DNA of 64,000 bases from Isurus oxyrinchus (GCA_026770705.1 JANJGN010000042.1:2604001-2668000); one strand, 5' to 3'; shown: positions 1-13,833, counted from the stretch's first letter. The notes: a model not told the origin generated them from the letters alone. A program made the numbers and translations.

Positions 1-365
1 AAAGTTCTGTCTGGTGAAAAGATCGGGAATAAAAAAAAATAGTGAAAGTAACCTCTAAATACCAAATGTCAAACCTTTCTGGTACTTTCCCTTATGTCTT
101 ATGACTGGGGATCGGCGCTTCCATTGGCCCACAGCGAATAGGGTGGAGGGTTTGGAAATTGAAAGTTACGCATGAGCAGCTTGTGGGACTATTCACCTCA
201 CTGTCAATTTCATGTTCCAGCTCACAGCAACCGTTGTTTTCATTGGCTGAAGAATTCGTTTGTGTTTAGGCTAAACAGGCAGTTTTGTGGTGAAAGAGAT
301 CTGAACTGAAAAACAATAGGCAAAAGGAGCGTGGATAAGCCAAATCGAAAAGCATTTTGATCGAT

Positions 366-437
366 TCCTTGGTTGTCTAGTGGTTAGGATTCGGCGCTTT
401 AAGCACCACAGCCCGGGTTCGATTCCCAGTAAGGAAA
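366..437 (+). pseudogene. tRNA-Glu pseudogene (anticodon mutated to TTA)
   Basis: tccttggttgtctagtggttaggattcggcgctttaagcaccacagcccgggttcgattcccagtaaggaaa aligns to vertebrate tRNA-Glu; two C-A mismatches in the anticodon stem. Confidence 0.85.
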
Positions 438-1432
438 TTAAGGTTTGTTGAGTGTGGTCAATTTCTATTTGCGAACAGCTCCACCGAGAGTTAAAATCTT
501 AGCCTCACAGCAAGAAATATCACATTTCGAATAAGTCGCGAACAAACAGAAAAGAAGAAGGGCTGGTTGCAAGGCGAAATATCGGTGGGAGAAGGATGAA
601 TGTTACTGTCTCCTATTTGCACCGGCACAAATATCACTTCTGATCAATCAACTCCGCTTTGAAAACAGCGCGCCGGGCCCAATGGGCTCTTTCTATGCTG
701 TAATTATCTATAATGTTATGTTTCCCAACACCGCCAACACTGCCTTTTTATAACCCACTCTAGAGAAGTGAGCTTTCTTACCTTGTATTCGGCTCTTTTG
801 AAACCAAAACACGGAGCAAATTCAGCGAGTTTTCTTGTCATTTCCAGCACGAGATTAGTCACGAGACTAAATGAGCGACACATTAATGGTGCCGATCCTT
901 CACTGGAGCTCACCGTGTCCCAGGAGTACTGTTATCATCAGCCTGTTAGGCACCTTCCCGCAGTACATCTGCTGAACAATATAAGCTTATCACAGCTCTG
1001 CTTTCTTCACATTGAAATCCAGTGTAAAAAATGTGAACAACTTCAAAGCTGATTAACGTAGACAAGACTGGAAGGAGAGTGTGACTGTTGACAATCGGCA
1101 CTGTGCACATTCCTGTAATCCGTACCTGGGGGAATCAGGAAGATTAGATCATGGTGTCTTTTTACTCTATGGTCTGCAAACTTATCGTCTTGTGTCTTAC
1201 ATTCCCACGAACTGACTGTGTCTGCATCAAGGAACTAATTGACCCGGAAGCTGTAGGGGCAGAGGGAGCTGGAGGCGAGACAGGGACAGAAGCAGAAAGA
1301 AACGCGACATGAAAATGTTTTGAATTTGATGTCTGTCAGTTGGTGCCAGTGGTGAATGTCTGCCTTGTAGGTTCCACTGAATGAGGTTGTGTTTTTTTTG
1401 TTTTAGAGCAGCAAAATTGAAAGTGACAACAG

Positions 1433-1505
1433 CCCCCAGCGTGGGGCTCCAAGAACTGACCCTGAAATTAAGCGTTTTATATTCTGTTGACTGAGGTAGC
1501 TGGGA
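1433..1505 (-). pseudogene. tRNA-Lys(CTT)-derived pseudogene
   Basis: Degenerate reverse complement of tRNA-Lys (cgtggggctc...gaccctgaaattaag...gactgaggtagctggg); T-loop damaged. Confidence 0.7.
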
Positions 1506-2807
1506 ATGGGGGAAGGAATCCTTCATATCACAACACATATGGCGACAGACGTGTTTTTCTCACCTGGAAACTCAGCTTGTTCTGAATCTGAGTGTAGAAG
1601 GGAGTCGACCTACAAAAGCCCCAAGGTTGCAATGCATTCCTCTCAATCTCAGTAACATCGTTCACATCTTCCACTTCTTAGTTAGACCTCGTTCCAAAAA
1701 TTTCAAACTCTCTCTTTCATTTTTCATCCTCACATTTTTCTCTAACATTTTAACATGAAGTTGTACAACAAATTTAAATAAAGTTAGTGATGGTAAAAAT
1801 GTGTTCACCCCTCGGGGAACTGACTCATATTGACACACACAGAGGAACAGACACAAACATATGCACCGAGGGTGACAGAGGGCAAGGGTTTGTCTCTAAG
1901 GAGAGGCAAATATCCATAAAGCAAGCATGAAGCCAAGTTTTATTCCAGTTCCAAGTTTCATGAATGTTTTCATGAACGAACAAATAGAAAAAAACCCAAG
2001 TGTTTGTATGGATTTTATTGAATTCAACCGATAATTAACTCTGTAGACACATTTTAAACCAGGAATAATGACAAGTGGGAATCTCAATGGACTTGGGCTC
2101 CATCACCTAAATCAATCGACCACGACAACTAGCCCTGTGCACAGGTTAATGTCGATGGTATAAAATCATAAATATCTACAGCAGAGGAAGACAACATTCT
2201 GCCCATCGTGACAATGCCGGCTGATGGCAAAAGGAATACAGCTAATTTGATAACCCCACATTTTCTCTACTGCAATTTAAATTGATATTGTCTCTCCTCC
2301 CTCTTCCTGTTAAAATGAAGCATGACAAGCATTTATTTTGACAGTGAGCTGGCACCTTTTGCATCATTCGTGTTTGTAGTTGCATGTTAAGTGAATGTAA
2401 TATCTATCAGTCACATTTCCTCTTCACCATTTCACAGGATAAACCCTCAGCAAATTGAGAACATCTTTCATCTGGCAGCGGGTGATTGGAGAGTGGGGGG
2501 CCGGAATATAGCTACTTTTCTGCTTTTCTCTGTCTCGCTCACTGTGGAGCCGAGAAAGAGAGAATCATTGACGGGTTTGTTTGAATCCAATAATTTCACA
2601 GGTGTCTATTGAGTTAGGTGTAATTATATATTCGTTTATTGTTTTTTATTGTGTTTGAAATGAACATTCAAAACAAAAACATCGGTGTGGGAACACACTG
2701 GTTAAGGGTAAAGTTTGCGGAATAATTCCTTGCAGCTCAAGTAGCCAATGAGAGCCCGGAACTGTGTGACAATGAAAGCTGATAGGGAGAAAAAAGCTTG
2801 ACACTTT

Positions 2808-2881
2808 TGTCTCTGGGTGGTTTTGAACCATCAACTTTTTGCTTAACAGTTGAATGCGATAAACAATTGTGCCACAGAGAC
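2808..2881 (-). pseudogene. tRNA-Asn pseudogene
   Basis: Reverse complement of gtctctgtggc...tgttaa...cccagagac; many substitutions relative to the intact copy at 13834. Confidence 0.8.
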
Positions 2882-5800
2882 AGACGCAAGGCTGACTTGC
2901 CAACTTTCCTAAACCAGGGTGTCAGTGAATTTAAGCTTCAGATTGCTGCTACCGGGATGACAATCCTAGTTCTGTTGAAGGGTCATGAGCACTCGAAACA
3001 TCAACTCTTTTCTTCTCCGCCGGTGCTGCCAGACCTGCTGAGTTTTTCCAGGTTATTCTGTTTTTGTTTTGGATTTCCAGCATCCGCAGTTTTTTTGCTT
3101 TTATGACAATTGTTCTCTTCACTTTTACTCTTCCAAAATAAAGGGAGGGACGTTCACTGTGGATACATGGAAACAGTCTGATCCCACCCACTGCTGACAC
3201 ATCCATATCACCAGGAACGTGCTCTCTGACAACCGGTGCCGTCTTCTTTCCAGCCTTTCGGTGTCTTGTCTGTTACCAAGTATTCTGATTGTCCTGAAGC
3301 CGATGTTAGGTTTGAGTTCCTGATGTACAGTAACGAGAATCATTTCAATCTCTCAGGTCAATTAATTTCACTGATAACTTCAGAGTCAATGTTCCAGCGT
3401 CTTAAAGAAGGGAAAGGTGCCATGAATGTCTCTGCTCAGTCGAACAGATCACCCTTCATTCTCCTCTGATTCCGGTTTCCAAAGAGTTTCTAAAGATTCA
3501 GAAAGCTGGAGACTGGGTTTTCTGTTTTGGTTCCTTCTCCATTTTCCCAGCTGCCAACTGACAATATTTTCCAAATATTGAGGAGACAGAAAAGCCTTGA
3601 GACATAATTAGATCAGCCATGATCTTACTGAATGGCGGAGCAGGTTCAAAGGGCTGAATGGCCTCCTCCTGATCGTCATTCGTCCCTTCCTGTGTCACAG
3701 CCCGAATCACTCCTGACTTTAGCAAACTGCCTTCGGAATTAATGATCAGTTAAATGAAATAAAAACCATTCAACTATTTCCGTGTTTCTTATTTCCGTTC
3801 ATCTGCAAACATTCACTAAATTTGCAATCTGAAATGGAACAACAATTGGCCAAGTTGGTGACATCCTTGTTTTCTGGGTGTTTGTCACTTTCGGTGTAAA
3901 GGTCTGTGTGTGTCAATGTGCTTCAGTTCCCCGAGGGGTTGAACACATTTTCACCATCACAAGCTTTATTCATATTGGTTGCGCAGTTTCATACTAAAAT
4001 GTTACAGAGCCAATATCAAGATGAAAGATTGAAGAGGGGTTTGCAATGTTTGGAAGGAGGTGCAGCTAAGAAGTGGAAGGTGTGAATGATGTTATTGATG
4101 ATTGAGAGGAATGTATTGCAACCTTGGGGCTTTTGGAGGTCGATCACCTTTGAAATTCAGAACAAGCTGAGGCTTGAGGTCTATAACAGCAGTGATCTCC
4201 AAAGATGTTGGGATGTGCAATACTTCGCTCTTCTTACATGCCTGGCGAGTTCAGTCAACAGCGTCTGAGATTCTTAATGCCAGGTTGTTGGGTTTGCGAC
4301 CTGTGCTCGACGAAATTCCCTTTTTAAACTTTGCTGCTTTCATGGGTGATCCCCAGGTCTCCATTCCTCCGGCAGTGTCACCGCTCAAACTGAGTCTTTC
4401 TCCATCCTGCTTTGTTAATATCACAGCCGCTGGTTTCTGAGTGAAAACTGCTCTCTGCGTCATTGAAAGTCAGAGTATTTAATTCTGAGCATTTGGTGCT
4501 TTCACCGCTGCAGCCTAGGTTTAATTCCCCTACAGGAAAAAACCTTTTCCTTTCCGTTGTGTGAACTATCACAATGAACAGGAATTCCTTCTTGAATGAA
4601 ATCAGGTCTGGCAGCGTCTGTGGAGTGAGAAACAGAGATAATCTTCCAGCTGGATGATCTTTCATCAGAGCTGGAAAAGTCAGAGATGTAACAGGTGGAA
4701 AACAAGTCCAGAGGCGGGAGGGAGGGGAGTGAAAGGACAAAAGGGAAGGACTGTGATAGGTTACAAGGCATGAGAGAGAAACTGACTAAAGGGATGATGG
4801 TGCAAAATGTGGGTGGGAATGGGACAGATATTTCTTCCTGCTGTTCAAACTGGGACAAATATCACTGATCAACCAATCACAACTGCTCTTTCAAAGCAGT
4901 GCGCCGGGCCGCATGGCCTCATTCTGCGCTGTAACTTTCCATAATTATTTCATTTCTATCCTCACTGCTGCTGCCTTCACAGTCATTCCATCATCTTACA
5001 ATCCATTCCAGTAAAATCCACCTTCTTCCCTTGTGTTCAGCACCTTTAAGGTCATGGGACTGAGTAAATTCAGTGGGAAATTTCCTTCTCATTTAGCACG
5101 AGATTTGGAAACAGGTCTGGGAAATATTTGTGTCATTGCAAACAATACAATCTCCACTATCACCTCTACATTTTCCCATGCACCACCATTTCTATGGTCA
5201 CTGCTTTTCAGCCGATCACAGCCCTTCTCTGATTCCCTACATTCACCTCTGTGTTTGTTCGCGACCTGTTGCACAGGTGACATTTTCGGCTCTGATGCAA
5301 AACTCCAGCTTTCACTCCACTGATTCAGGCGGAGCTGATATGCGTTTTCAGTTTTCAGTCAGGAAGTAATGCACATTTATTTTAATCATTCGCATGACAT
5401 TTATAAGCGCCAAATCCTAACCACTAGACCCCAAGGCTTGCAACTTCACAGCCCGGCTTATCCATGCTACCTGTGCATTTTATTTTCATTTCACAACTCT
5501 TTCACTAGAGGCACTTTTCTCCCACAAAATGACACATTTATGTCGAACACAAACGACTTCTTGAGCCAATGACAACAGCGATTGCTGTTAGCTGGAGCAG
5601 TATTCATTGGCTCACAGTCCCACGTTGTCATTGGGTCCTTAAGCGACTAAAGAGGACAGAAATCGCCAACTGTCCTGTTACGCGGTGAGTTCCAACAGAT
5701 ATGTTTTTATTGAATATTCATTTTGAATATTCCCCACTCACCGGCTGCCAGTTGAAGGATATCCTCACTTTGCTGTGTCCACTTTGTGAAAAGACGAAGA

Positions 5801-5903
5801 GTAAGTGCAATCCGAATGTGAGATTCTGCATTCAGCTAATATTCAACAACAAGCAGGGAACAAAGCAACTTTCCCTCTCCCCTAATTGAACAATTTTCAA
5901 TAA

Positions 5904-5976
5904 CGTTCCTGCCTGGTTTTGAACCAGGGACCTTTCGCGTGTAAGGCGAATGTGATAACCACTACACTACAGAAAC
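5904..5976 (-). tRNA. TRNAV-UAC: tRNA-Val(TAC), probably intact
   Basis: Minus strand gtttctgtagtgtagtggttatcacattcgccttacacgcgaaaggtccctggttcaaaaccaggcaggaacg; acceptor, D, anticodon (ttcgc/gcgaa) and T (cctgg/ccagg) stems all pair. Confidence 0.8.
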
Positions 5977-6642
5977 GTCACGCACCAGTGTCAAGTGCAC
6001 CTGACTACAATACAGTTCCACAGCAGCACTTTGGGTCCATGTTTTGAAGAAATGGAATTCGACTGTTCTCATCAGGAATGCTGGAGACAGACTGATCAAC
6101 AATGTCATCATCAAATGGCACAGCGTGTTGGAGAGTTATTAGATCATCACAGCTTCTTTTTTAAAGAGCAATCAATTAGTCTCAATATTCCTCTCTCTTT
6201 CCATAAGCCTCAATTTCTCTATTTCAAGTAACTGTCTAATTCACTTTTGAAGAATGAGTTTCTGCAGAATCCATGCACAGTTTCCCTGACCCAGTGACAT
6301 GGAGATTTGAACTTGGATTCCTTCCAGTCCCTCGAGGAGCTGATCCTAATTCCAGCGCTGCCACAGTTTGAGTCACATTCCCACTTTTGCACACTTTAGG
6401 AATTCCTTTTCGGAGAACAAGAGGGAGCTCTAGTTTAATACAGGGCGGGTTGTGGTCCTTTATTTTGTTTGGAAAAGCACGGAGAGGCAATACAAATATA
6501 AATTGTTGTGGGGGTAAAGGCAGGTGTGTGGAATCGGTAGAGCTACTCTTCCAGAGAGCCAGCACAGACACGACGGGCCGATTGACTTATTTTGCAGTCA
6601 CCTCTGATTTGATAAGGACACATTTGAGCTCGCGAGCAGCTG

Positions 6643-6723
6643 TTAGTCGAGCTGAATGTTTAAGGTGACGGATTTGAAATCCATTGGTGTCTCCCCCTGT
6701 AGGTTTGAATCCTGCTGACCACA
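6643..6723 (+). pseudogene. tRNA-Ser(TGA) pseudogene
   Basis: tagtcg...taaggtgacggatttgaaatccattggtgtctcccc...aggtttgaatcctgctgac matches tRNA-Ser, with a damaged D arm and T loop. Confidence 0.75.
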
Positions 6724-6988
6724 GTTCACATTATTCCTCATTTTAACCAGGTGCCGCCAACCTCATCCCTGCGGCTCCTGTGAAACTGACAAGGTGGCAC
6801 ATGGCAGAAATTCATCACTGAAAGTAACTGATACACATCAAATTCTGCCGCTTTCATGTTGCATCTTTTAACTTCCTGTTCTCCATCTCAGACATTTTCA
6901 CGTCTCTCAAATGTCACTCACCTGGAACCTAGCATCTACCTCAGTCTGTTGAATATGGTCGCTTTCCTGTGTGGTCTTGTTAGCTGGT

Positions 6989-7061
6989 GGCTCCATAGCT
7001 CAGTGGTTGGAGCACTGCTCTTATACATCAGTGGCTGTAAGTTCAACCTTCACTAGTGCCT
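6989..7061 (+). pseudogene. tRNA-Thr-derived pseudogene
   Basis: ggctccatagctcagtggttggagcactg is the tRNA-Thr(TGT) 5' half; the 3' half is degenerate. Confidence 0.7.
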
Positions 7062-7174
7062 TTCATTAACCTTTAACTGAGAATATGAAGTTATGTGGAA
7101 AGCTGAAAAACCGAATAATAATATATAAGATGAAAATGCAAAGTACTGTGGTGAAGCATTTTGCTTTTAAGTTA

Positions 7175-8440
7175 AAGTACTGTGGATGCTGGAAATCTGA
7201 AGTACAAACTCAGCATCCGACAGCATCTGTGGAGGGAGAAACAGAGTCAACGTCTCGAGTCCGTGTGATCTTCTTCAGAGCTAAAGAGAAGCAGAAATGT
7301 TTACTGTTTTATACTGTTTACGAGGGCGTGGGGTGGAGCAGTTGGGGAAGTCAGGAGGAATTGGCAAAGATATTATGTGCATAAGACAAAGAGAGTGTTA
7401 ATGGTAGCGGTGAGGGCTAAAAATGGTGCTGATAATTGCTTAAAGGTAAGAAAGCAGAATGTGTGAATAGCAGAATAAGGATCAGCACTTCGTGAAAGAA
7501 CAACATAGAGCAATGACAGATGGCCCTTTAGGGGCCTCTCTCCTCACCTTCCAAGGGCTCAAACACTCCTTTCAGGTGAAGCAGCGCTTCATGTGCACCT
7601 CCAATTTGGTCCATTGCATTCACTGCTCCCAATGGGGTCTCCCCTACATTGGAGAGACCAAACGCAGACTGGCCAACGGCTTTGTGCAACATCTTCAGTC
7701 TGTCTGCAAGCATGACCCAGACCACCCTGTCATTTGCCATTTCAACACTCCACCCTGCTGTCATGTGCACATGTCTGTCCTTGGCTTGCTGCATTGTTCC
7801 AGTGAAGCTCAGCACAAACTCGAGGAACAGCACCTCATCTTCCAACTAGGCACTTTATAGTCTTCCGGATGTAACATGAAGTTCAGCAGCTTCAGATCAT
7901 GAAATCTCTCCTTCATTTTCACCCTTTTTAAAATCTCTTTATAAAAAAGTATTTTATTAACTTATTTTTCATTCATTTATTCATTATTTCACCCCACCCC
8001 CTCTTATTATCCCCTTTTCTATCTTTTTTCCCCAACTATCTCCCCCTCCCACATCTCACCCCCAAAAGGGCCATCTCGTTCCATATTTTTTTTTCACAGA
8101 GCGCTGAACCTTGTTCTGCTATTCACATATCCTGCTTTCTTATCTTTATGTCACTATCAGCACCTTCTTCAGCCTTTACCACTACAATTAACACTCCCTT
8201 TGTCTTGTGTCCAGCGAATCTTTGTCAGTCTCTCCTTAACTCCCACCTATCACTGACCTTAAATCCACAATCACCTGCTCCACCCGTCCCGCCCCGCTTA
8301 AACAGGAGAATTCAAACAATTTCTACTTTTCCTCATCTCTGAAGAAGAGTTATATGGACTCGAAACATTAACACTGTTTCCCTCTCCACCGAGTCTGTGA
8401 GACCGGCTGAGTTTTGCCAGGGATTTAGGTGTTTGTAATA
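7175..8440 (+). mobile_element. Truncated Penelope-like element: GIY-YIG endonuclease fragment flanked by inverted terminal (pLTR-like) segments
   Basis: ORF 7492-7860 has NLVHCIHCSQWGLPYIGETKRRL...HFN...EEQHLIFQLGTL (PLE GIY-YIG). About 7175-7525 is the reverse complement of about 8065-8440. Confidence 0.8.
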
Positions 8441-9389
8441 TTTAAGAAGCGACCAGACAACAAGATGGGAGATGGAGAAAAATGTTGCAAAGACTGAAGT
8501 AACTCAGTCAGTCGTAGTAATTTTTAAACAACAACAAAGCAGAAACGTTTGAAAAGGTGAGAAAGATGTGTTGATCTTCAAAGAGACTCGGCTGCACTTG
8601 TGCAAAGAACGTGGAAAGTTACATCAGTCCCTACGGCACAACTGATCAGCGTGTTCGACTAACTGAGAGTTTGGTGGTTCTCAGAGACAAAGGTTCCAAT
8701 GTTTTTTTCCTCCCATCAACATTCATTGTCGCACAGAATTGGGTTATCAAAAAATGTTTCCATAAATGTTGCCAGTTCTACTTCTCTGCAGTGAGTTTTG
8801 AACCAGAGAATCTTCCCCATGTAAAGCAAATGTGATAACATTGGACTACAAAAACTACACGCAACTCCTTGCAGAACGACCTAGAATATTAAACTTTGCT
8901 GCCTTATTGCAGTTCTGAACCTTGTTTTGTGGAAGTACAATTCGATTGAGAACCTGAGCCATGCGGCAGAGAAATTGATCGAACATGAGAATCATCAGAT
9001 GGCACAGCACAAAAGCAATTCATTCAACACCTCACACATGTGCGAACAGCCTTACAGCAAATCCGTCCCCATCTTTCTCTCTTTTTGCCGAGCCATGCAC
9101 TTTTCAGAATATTATTCAAAACCTGGAGAAGTATAAATGTCACTGCATCCAGTTACTATTTAACAACAAACGGGAACGATGCAATCTTTCCTCACATTTA
9201 ATTCTGTTAATGCTTCCACCCCATTTTCGCACGGGGAACCTTCTGTGGTGAGAGACTATGATCCCTGTTACTCTACACAAACTCTGCAATGTTTCGGGGA
9301 AACTTTCTGTGTGTGAGAGAGTGTGATCCCTATTACCCTACACGAACCCTGCAATTTGAAGAGCCCAATTTAACACACAGAAGACAGAC

Positions 9390-10445
9390 AGTCGGGATTA
9401 TTCAGATTGGAAAGACGTAACTGGTGGAGTGCCATAAGGATCAGTCTCAGGGACTCAATTATTTACTATCTATACTAATGACATGGAGGAGGGGGCAGAG
9501 TGTAATGTATTCAAATTTTCTGACGATATAAAAATAGGTGGGAGGTCAGGTTGTGATGAGGACTTGAAGAATCTTCAAGGGGATATAGATAAGTTGAGTC
9601 AGTGGGCAAAGGTTGGCAGATGGAGTGTAATGTAGGAAAGTTTGAGATCATACACATTGTTAGGAAGAATGGAAAGGCAGAATATTATTTAAATGGAAGG
9701 AGACTCCAAAAAAGTGCAGCACAGAGGGATCTGGGTGTTCCCATGCAAGAAACACAAAAAACTTGGCATGCAGATGCAGCAAGTCATTAAGAAGGCAAAT
9801 AGAATTTTGTCCTGTTTTGCTCGTGGTTGGAGTTTAAAAATCGGGAAGTCTTGTTACAGGGTGTTGGTGAGGCCGCACCTGGAGTCCTGTGTACAGTTTT
9901 GGTCCCCATATTTAAGGAAGCATTTTTGGCATTGCAGGCAGTTCAAAAGCGATTCAATAGCCTGATTCCTGGGATGAAGGAGTTGACTAATCAAGAACTG
10001 TGAAGCAAGTGAAGACTTTATTCATTAGAGTTTAGAATACTGAGGGTTGATCTTATTAAAACGTGCAAGATTCTGAGGAGGTTGATAGGGTAGATGTTGA
10101 AATGATGTTTCCACTAATGGGGGAACCTCCAGCGAGGGGACATAGTTACAGAATCGGAGGGCACTCATTTAAAACTGAGATGTGAAGGAATTTCTTCTCC
10201 CAGAGGGCAGTGTATGTTTGGAATTCTCTACCCAAGACAGTTGTGGAGGCTAGCTCACTGAGAGTATTTAAAGAGGAGTAGATAGATTTTTGAAATATCG
10301 GGGATTGAGGGCTATGAGGAGCTGGCAGGAAAGATGAGTTGAGACCTGGGGAAGAGTAGCCATGATCTTATTGAATAGCGGGGTAGGCTGGAGGGGCCGA
10401 ATGTCCGACTCCTGTTCCAATTTCTAATGTCCTTATGTTCTTATG
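9390..10445 (+). mobile_element. CR1-type LINE 3' fragment (RT C-terminus and 3' UTR)
   Basis: Degenerate GVPQGSVLG and KF(A/S)DD(T/I)KIG motifs, WQMECNVGK, RDLGV, LVRPHLESCVQFWSPY; ends in a cttatgttcttatg tail. Confidence 0.85.
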
Positions 10446-10532
10446 AAACGTGTCTCTGGTGAAAAAGGTCTGAAACAAAAATAAAAGACACTGGTAGCAT
10501 AGATAAGCCACTTGTGAAGCGTGTAAGCAGCT

Positions 10533-10604
10533 TTCTTGGTGGTCTAGTGGTCAGGATTCAGTACTTTCACTGCTGTGGTCCAGGTTTGATTCCTGGTCAG
10601 GGAA
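10533..10604 (+). pseudogene. tRNA-Glu(TTC) pseudogene
   Basis: ttcttggtggtctagtggtcaggattcagtactttcactgctgtggtccaggtttgattcctggtcagggaa; CpG-decayed, B-box C>T. Confidence 0.8.
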
Positions 10605-13600
10605 TGGAGATTTATTGACTTCGTGCAAACTGTTAAAATGAGTCTGACTTGTTTCTTGATTAAAAACAGAAGACGCTCATCTCTGCCAGAATCAGTGGAG
10701 TGAGAGCTGGAGTTCTGCCTCAGAGCTGGAAATGTCACCCGTGCAACAGGTCGAGAACAAATATAGAGGTGAAGATAGGGAATGAGATAAGGTCTGTGAT
10801 AGGTTGCAAAACCCTAACCAGAGAGATGTTCGTGCAAGGCAAAATATAGCGGGAATAAGGGAGGCTTTACTGTTTACACTGACACAAATATCTCTCAGAT
10901 CTTGTTCCAAATCTCGTGTTAAGTGAGAAGAAAACTTTCCCCTGAATCTTCCCCCTTTTAGCTGCACCTCCTTCCAAACATTGCAAACTCCTCCTGCATC
11001 TTCCATCCTGATATCTTTCTCTGTGAAATTTGAAACTAATGTCAATAAAGTTTGTGATGGTAAAAATGTGTACATGCCCTTGGGGAACTGAACCACCTTG
11101 ACACACACAGAGGAACAAACACAGACATATACACCGAGAGTGACAAAGGGCATGGGATTGTCTCGAAGGAGGTACAAACACCCAAAAATCAAGCCTGACA
11201 CCAACCTGGTTTCGTTTTTGTTCCATTTCCCGCTGCAACTTTTGTGAACGTTTGCAGACGAATAGAAATTAGAGAACGCTGGAGGTTTTAGATGTTTTTT
11301 ATTCAACTTATTCCGACAATTAATTGTGCAGGTACACTATAAAATCCAGGAATGATAAGCAGCGTAATTAACAGGATCCCAGCCTACCTGTGGAGCTCCC
11401 AATGCATTCGAAACCTCTCACCTTAACCACTCAGTCACGAATCCAAGCCCCAGATTTGCATTAATGATGTTTGTATAAAATCACAGGTGGCTACATCAGA
11501 CGGTTATTCACCATGTCGTTTACATGCCGACTCTCTAGAAGAGCAACTCAACGACTGTAATTCCAGACCCCGCCTTTTCCCCACAGCAACTGATATTTAT
11601 ATTGCCTCTCCTCGTTCTTCCTTTCAAAATAAAACACCGCACACTCCGCTAGTGTGAGCTGGTATCTGTCGATCTGTTGGTTTGAAAGGGGCTGCTGCAG
11701 ATCCCAAAAGGTGGGGAACCTGAACGCTTGGCAGCGGTAGAACTGGACCTCACAGTTCTGTAGATACGGGAGCCTTAAATCCAGCGACTTAAACCGCTCA
11801 GCCACACTATCACGTTGCATATACCTGCTCATAATTCCCTTCACTGGTATTATCATCGAAATAGAACAGAAGCAAAGGAGCAGGAATAGGTCATTGGGAA
11901 ACTCGAACCAGCTCCGCCAGTTAATCAGATCATCCTGCACTTTGTAACATACAGAAATCATCTCCACTATTAACTTCATTATTTCAATGTTTCAAATAAT
12001 GTGTTTTTTTTTTCCTGTGGTGACTGTGCCTGTTTATTCAATGAAATTTTGGTAAAAGATATCCACTGAGGAAAATGAGGAGATGATTGGTCAGAATAGA
12101 CATTTGTTTTCTGAAAATTCGATTTGAACTCAACTATTTTTAAAATTTGAATAATTGTAGAAGAATTCAGAGTCCAACCCTTCATCTCAATGAGTCAGGG
12201 AATCTTTGTTAACTTTCACACACTGTGTATGGACACTGCAGAAGCTCCTGCACCTCTTTCAATATTGTTGTTCTTAACTCAGAGTTTTCAAAAGGGAATT
12301 GGACAATGATTTGAAAGGGAGAAAAAAAATCAGAGTTATGGAAAGAGACAGAGAAATTGAGATTAAGTCGAAAGTTCTTTGTGAAAAACTGACATCGATA
12401 CTATGGGCCTCTTGTAGAGCTGTGCCTTTCGATGATGACATTATGGGATCAGTTTTCTCCAGCATTCCCAAAGAGAACAGCCGAAATCAATTTCTTCAAA
12501 ATAAAGGCTCAAAGTGCTGCTGCATGACGTTACCGCTTAACATTTTAGTGAGGCCCATTGAGCTTTTCTCCTGTCCCCTGTTTCTGCAGGGCAGTGGTTG
12601 TCATGTTTACCTCATATGTGAAGAGTTGCCTCGTTAGAGACTGGCCAGAACCATCATCAAAACTTTCAGATTGAAGTTTGTTGAAGACAGCAAGATGCGG
12701 TCATGTGTCCTGGTCACTGTTTATCCTTCAACTAAGTTTATAAGATCTGCGCATTGTCAAGTCCCTGGCTTTGTGTGTTTGAGGAGCAGCGATTGGCTGC
12801 CGTACTCCCTGCATGAAAACAATGACTCTCCTTCAGAAAGTACTTCAATAAAAGCAAAATACAGGAAATCTGAAATAAAAATATTAAATGCAGGTATAAC
12901 TCAGCAGATCAGACAGCGTCTGTGGAAAACAAAACCTGCTGAGTTTCTCAATCATTTTCTGTTTTTATTTCAAAAAGTGCTTAATTGTCTTGAAAGTGGT
13001 TTCAGACACCGTTGGTCAGGAATGCGCTGTATAAAGGCAAGTCTGTCTTTCCTTAACTATCTTTAAATCCCAATCCTGTGGTTACTGACCCCCGTCAGTG
13101 GAAACAGTTTCTCCCTATCTGCACCATCAAGCCGCCCGTCCCCACTGCCCCCACCTACATCATTTTGAACAGCTCCATGAAATCTCCACTTAAACTTCTT
13201 TGTTCTAAAGAGAACAATCCCGGTGTCTATAATCTCTCCAAAAACTGAATTTCCTCAACCCTGGAAATGATGCGTCTTGCATTGAGGGATTAAGATGAGA
13301 TTTTGGAAAATATTATCACTTAGCAGGTGGGAAAATTGAGAAGGAACCAAAACAAAAAACCCAGTTTCCAGTTTTGTGAATCTTTAGAAACTCTTTGGGA
13401 ACCGGAATCAGAGGAGAATGAAGGGTGAACTGTCGGACTGAGCAGAGACAGTCAAGGTACCTTTCCCTTCTTTAAGACACAGGAACATTGACGCTGATGT
13501 TCTCAGTGAAATTAACTGATCAGAGACATTGAAAGGATTCTCGTTACTGCACATCAGGAATTCAAACCTAATTTCGGCTTCGGGACAATCAGAATACTTG

Positions 13601-13833
13601 GTATCAGTCAAGGAACGCAAAGGCTCGAAGGGAGACGTCACCGGTTGTAGGAGAGCTGGTTCCCGGTCACATGGATGTCTCTGCAGTGGGTGGAATCAGA
13701 CTGTTTCCATGTATCCACAATGAATGCTCCTCTCTTTATTTTAGGAAGAGTGAAACTGGTAGAGACAATTGTCATTCCGGTAGCAGCAATCTGAAGATTT
13801 TACTGACTGATATCCTGCTTGAGGTCGTCATCA

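Larger units (their letters stand above)
1..3695 (+). repeat. Segmental duplication copy A (direct repeat of 60301-64000)
   Basis: Starts aaagttctgtctggtgaaaagatcgggaat at both 1 and 60301 and stays colinear with scattered substitutions and small indels to the window end (offset about 60300). Confidence 0.95.

Noticed and set aside
366-437. Ochre-suppressor tRNA (Glu body with TTA anticodon), also at 60667
   Set aside because: The anticodon stem has two C-A mismatches and other positions are decayed; both copies share the lesions through recent duplication. It is a pseudogene.
10692-11306. 204-aa minus-strand ORF
   Set aside because: Made of tRNA-module spacer sequence that recurs elsewhere (about 1700-1960, 20930-21250, 22960-23260) with stops and frameshifts; no recognisable domain.
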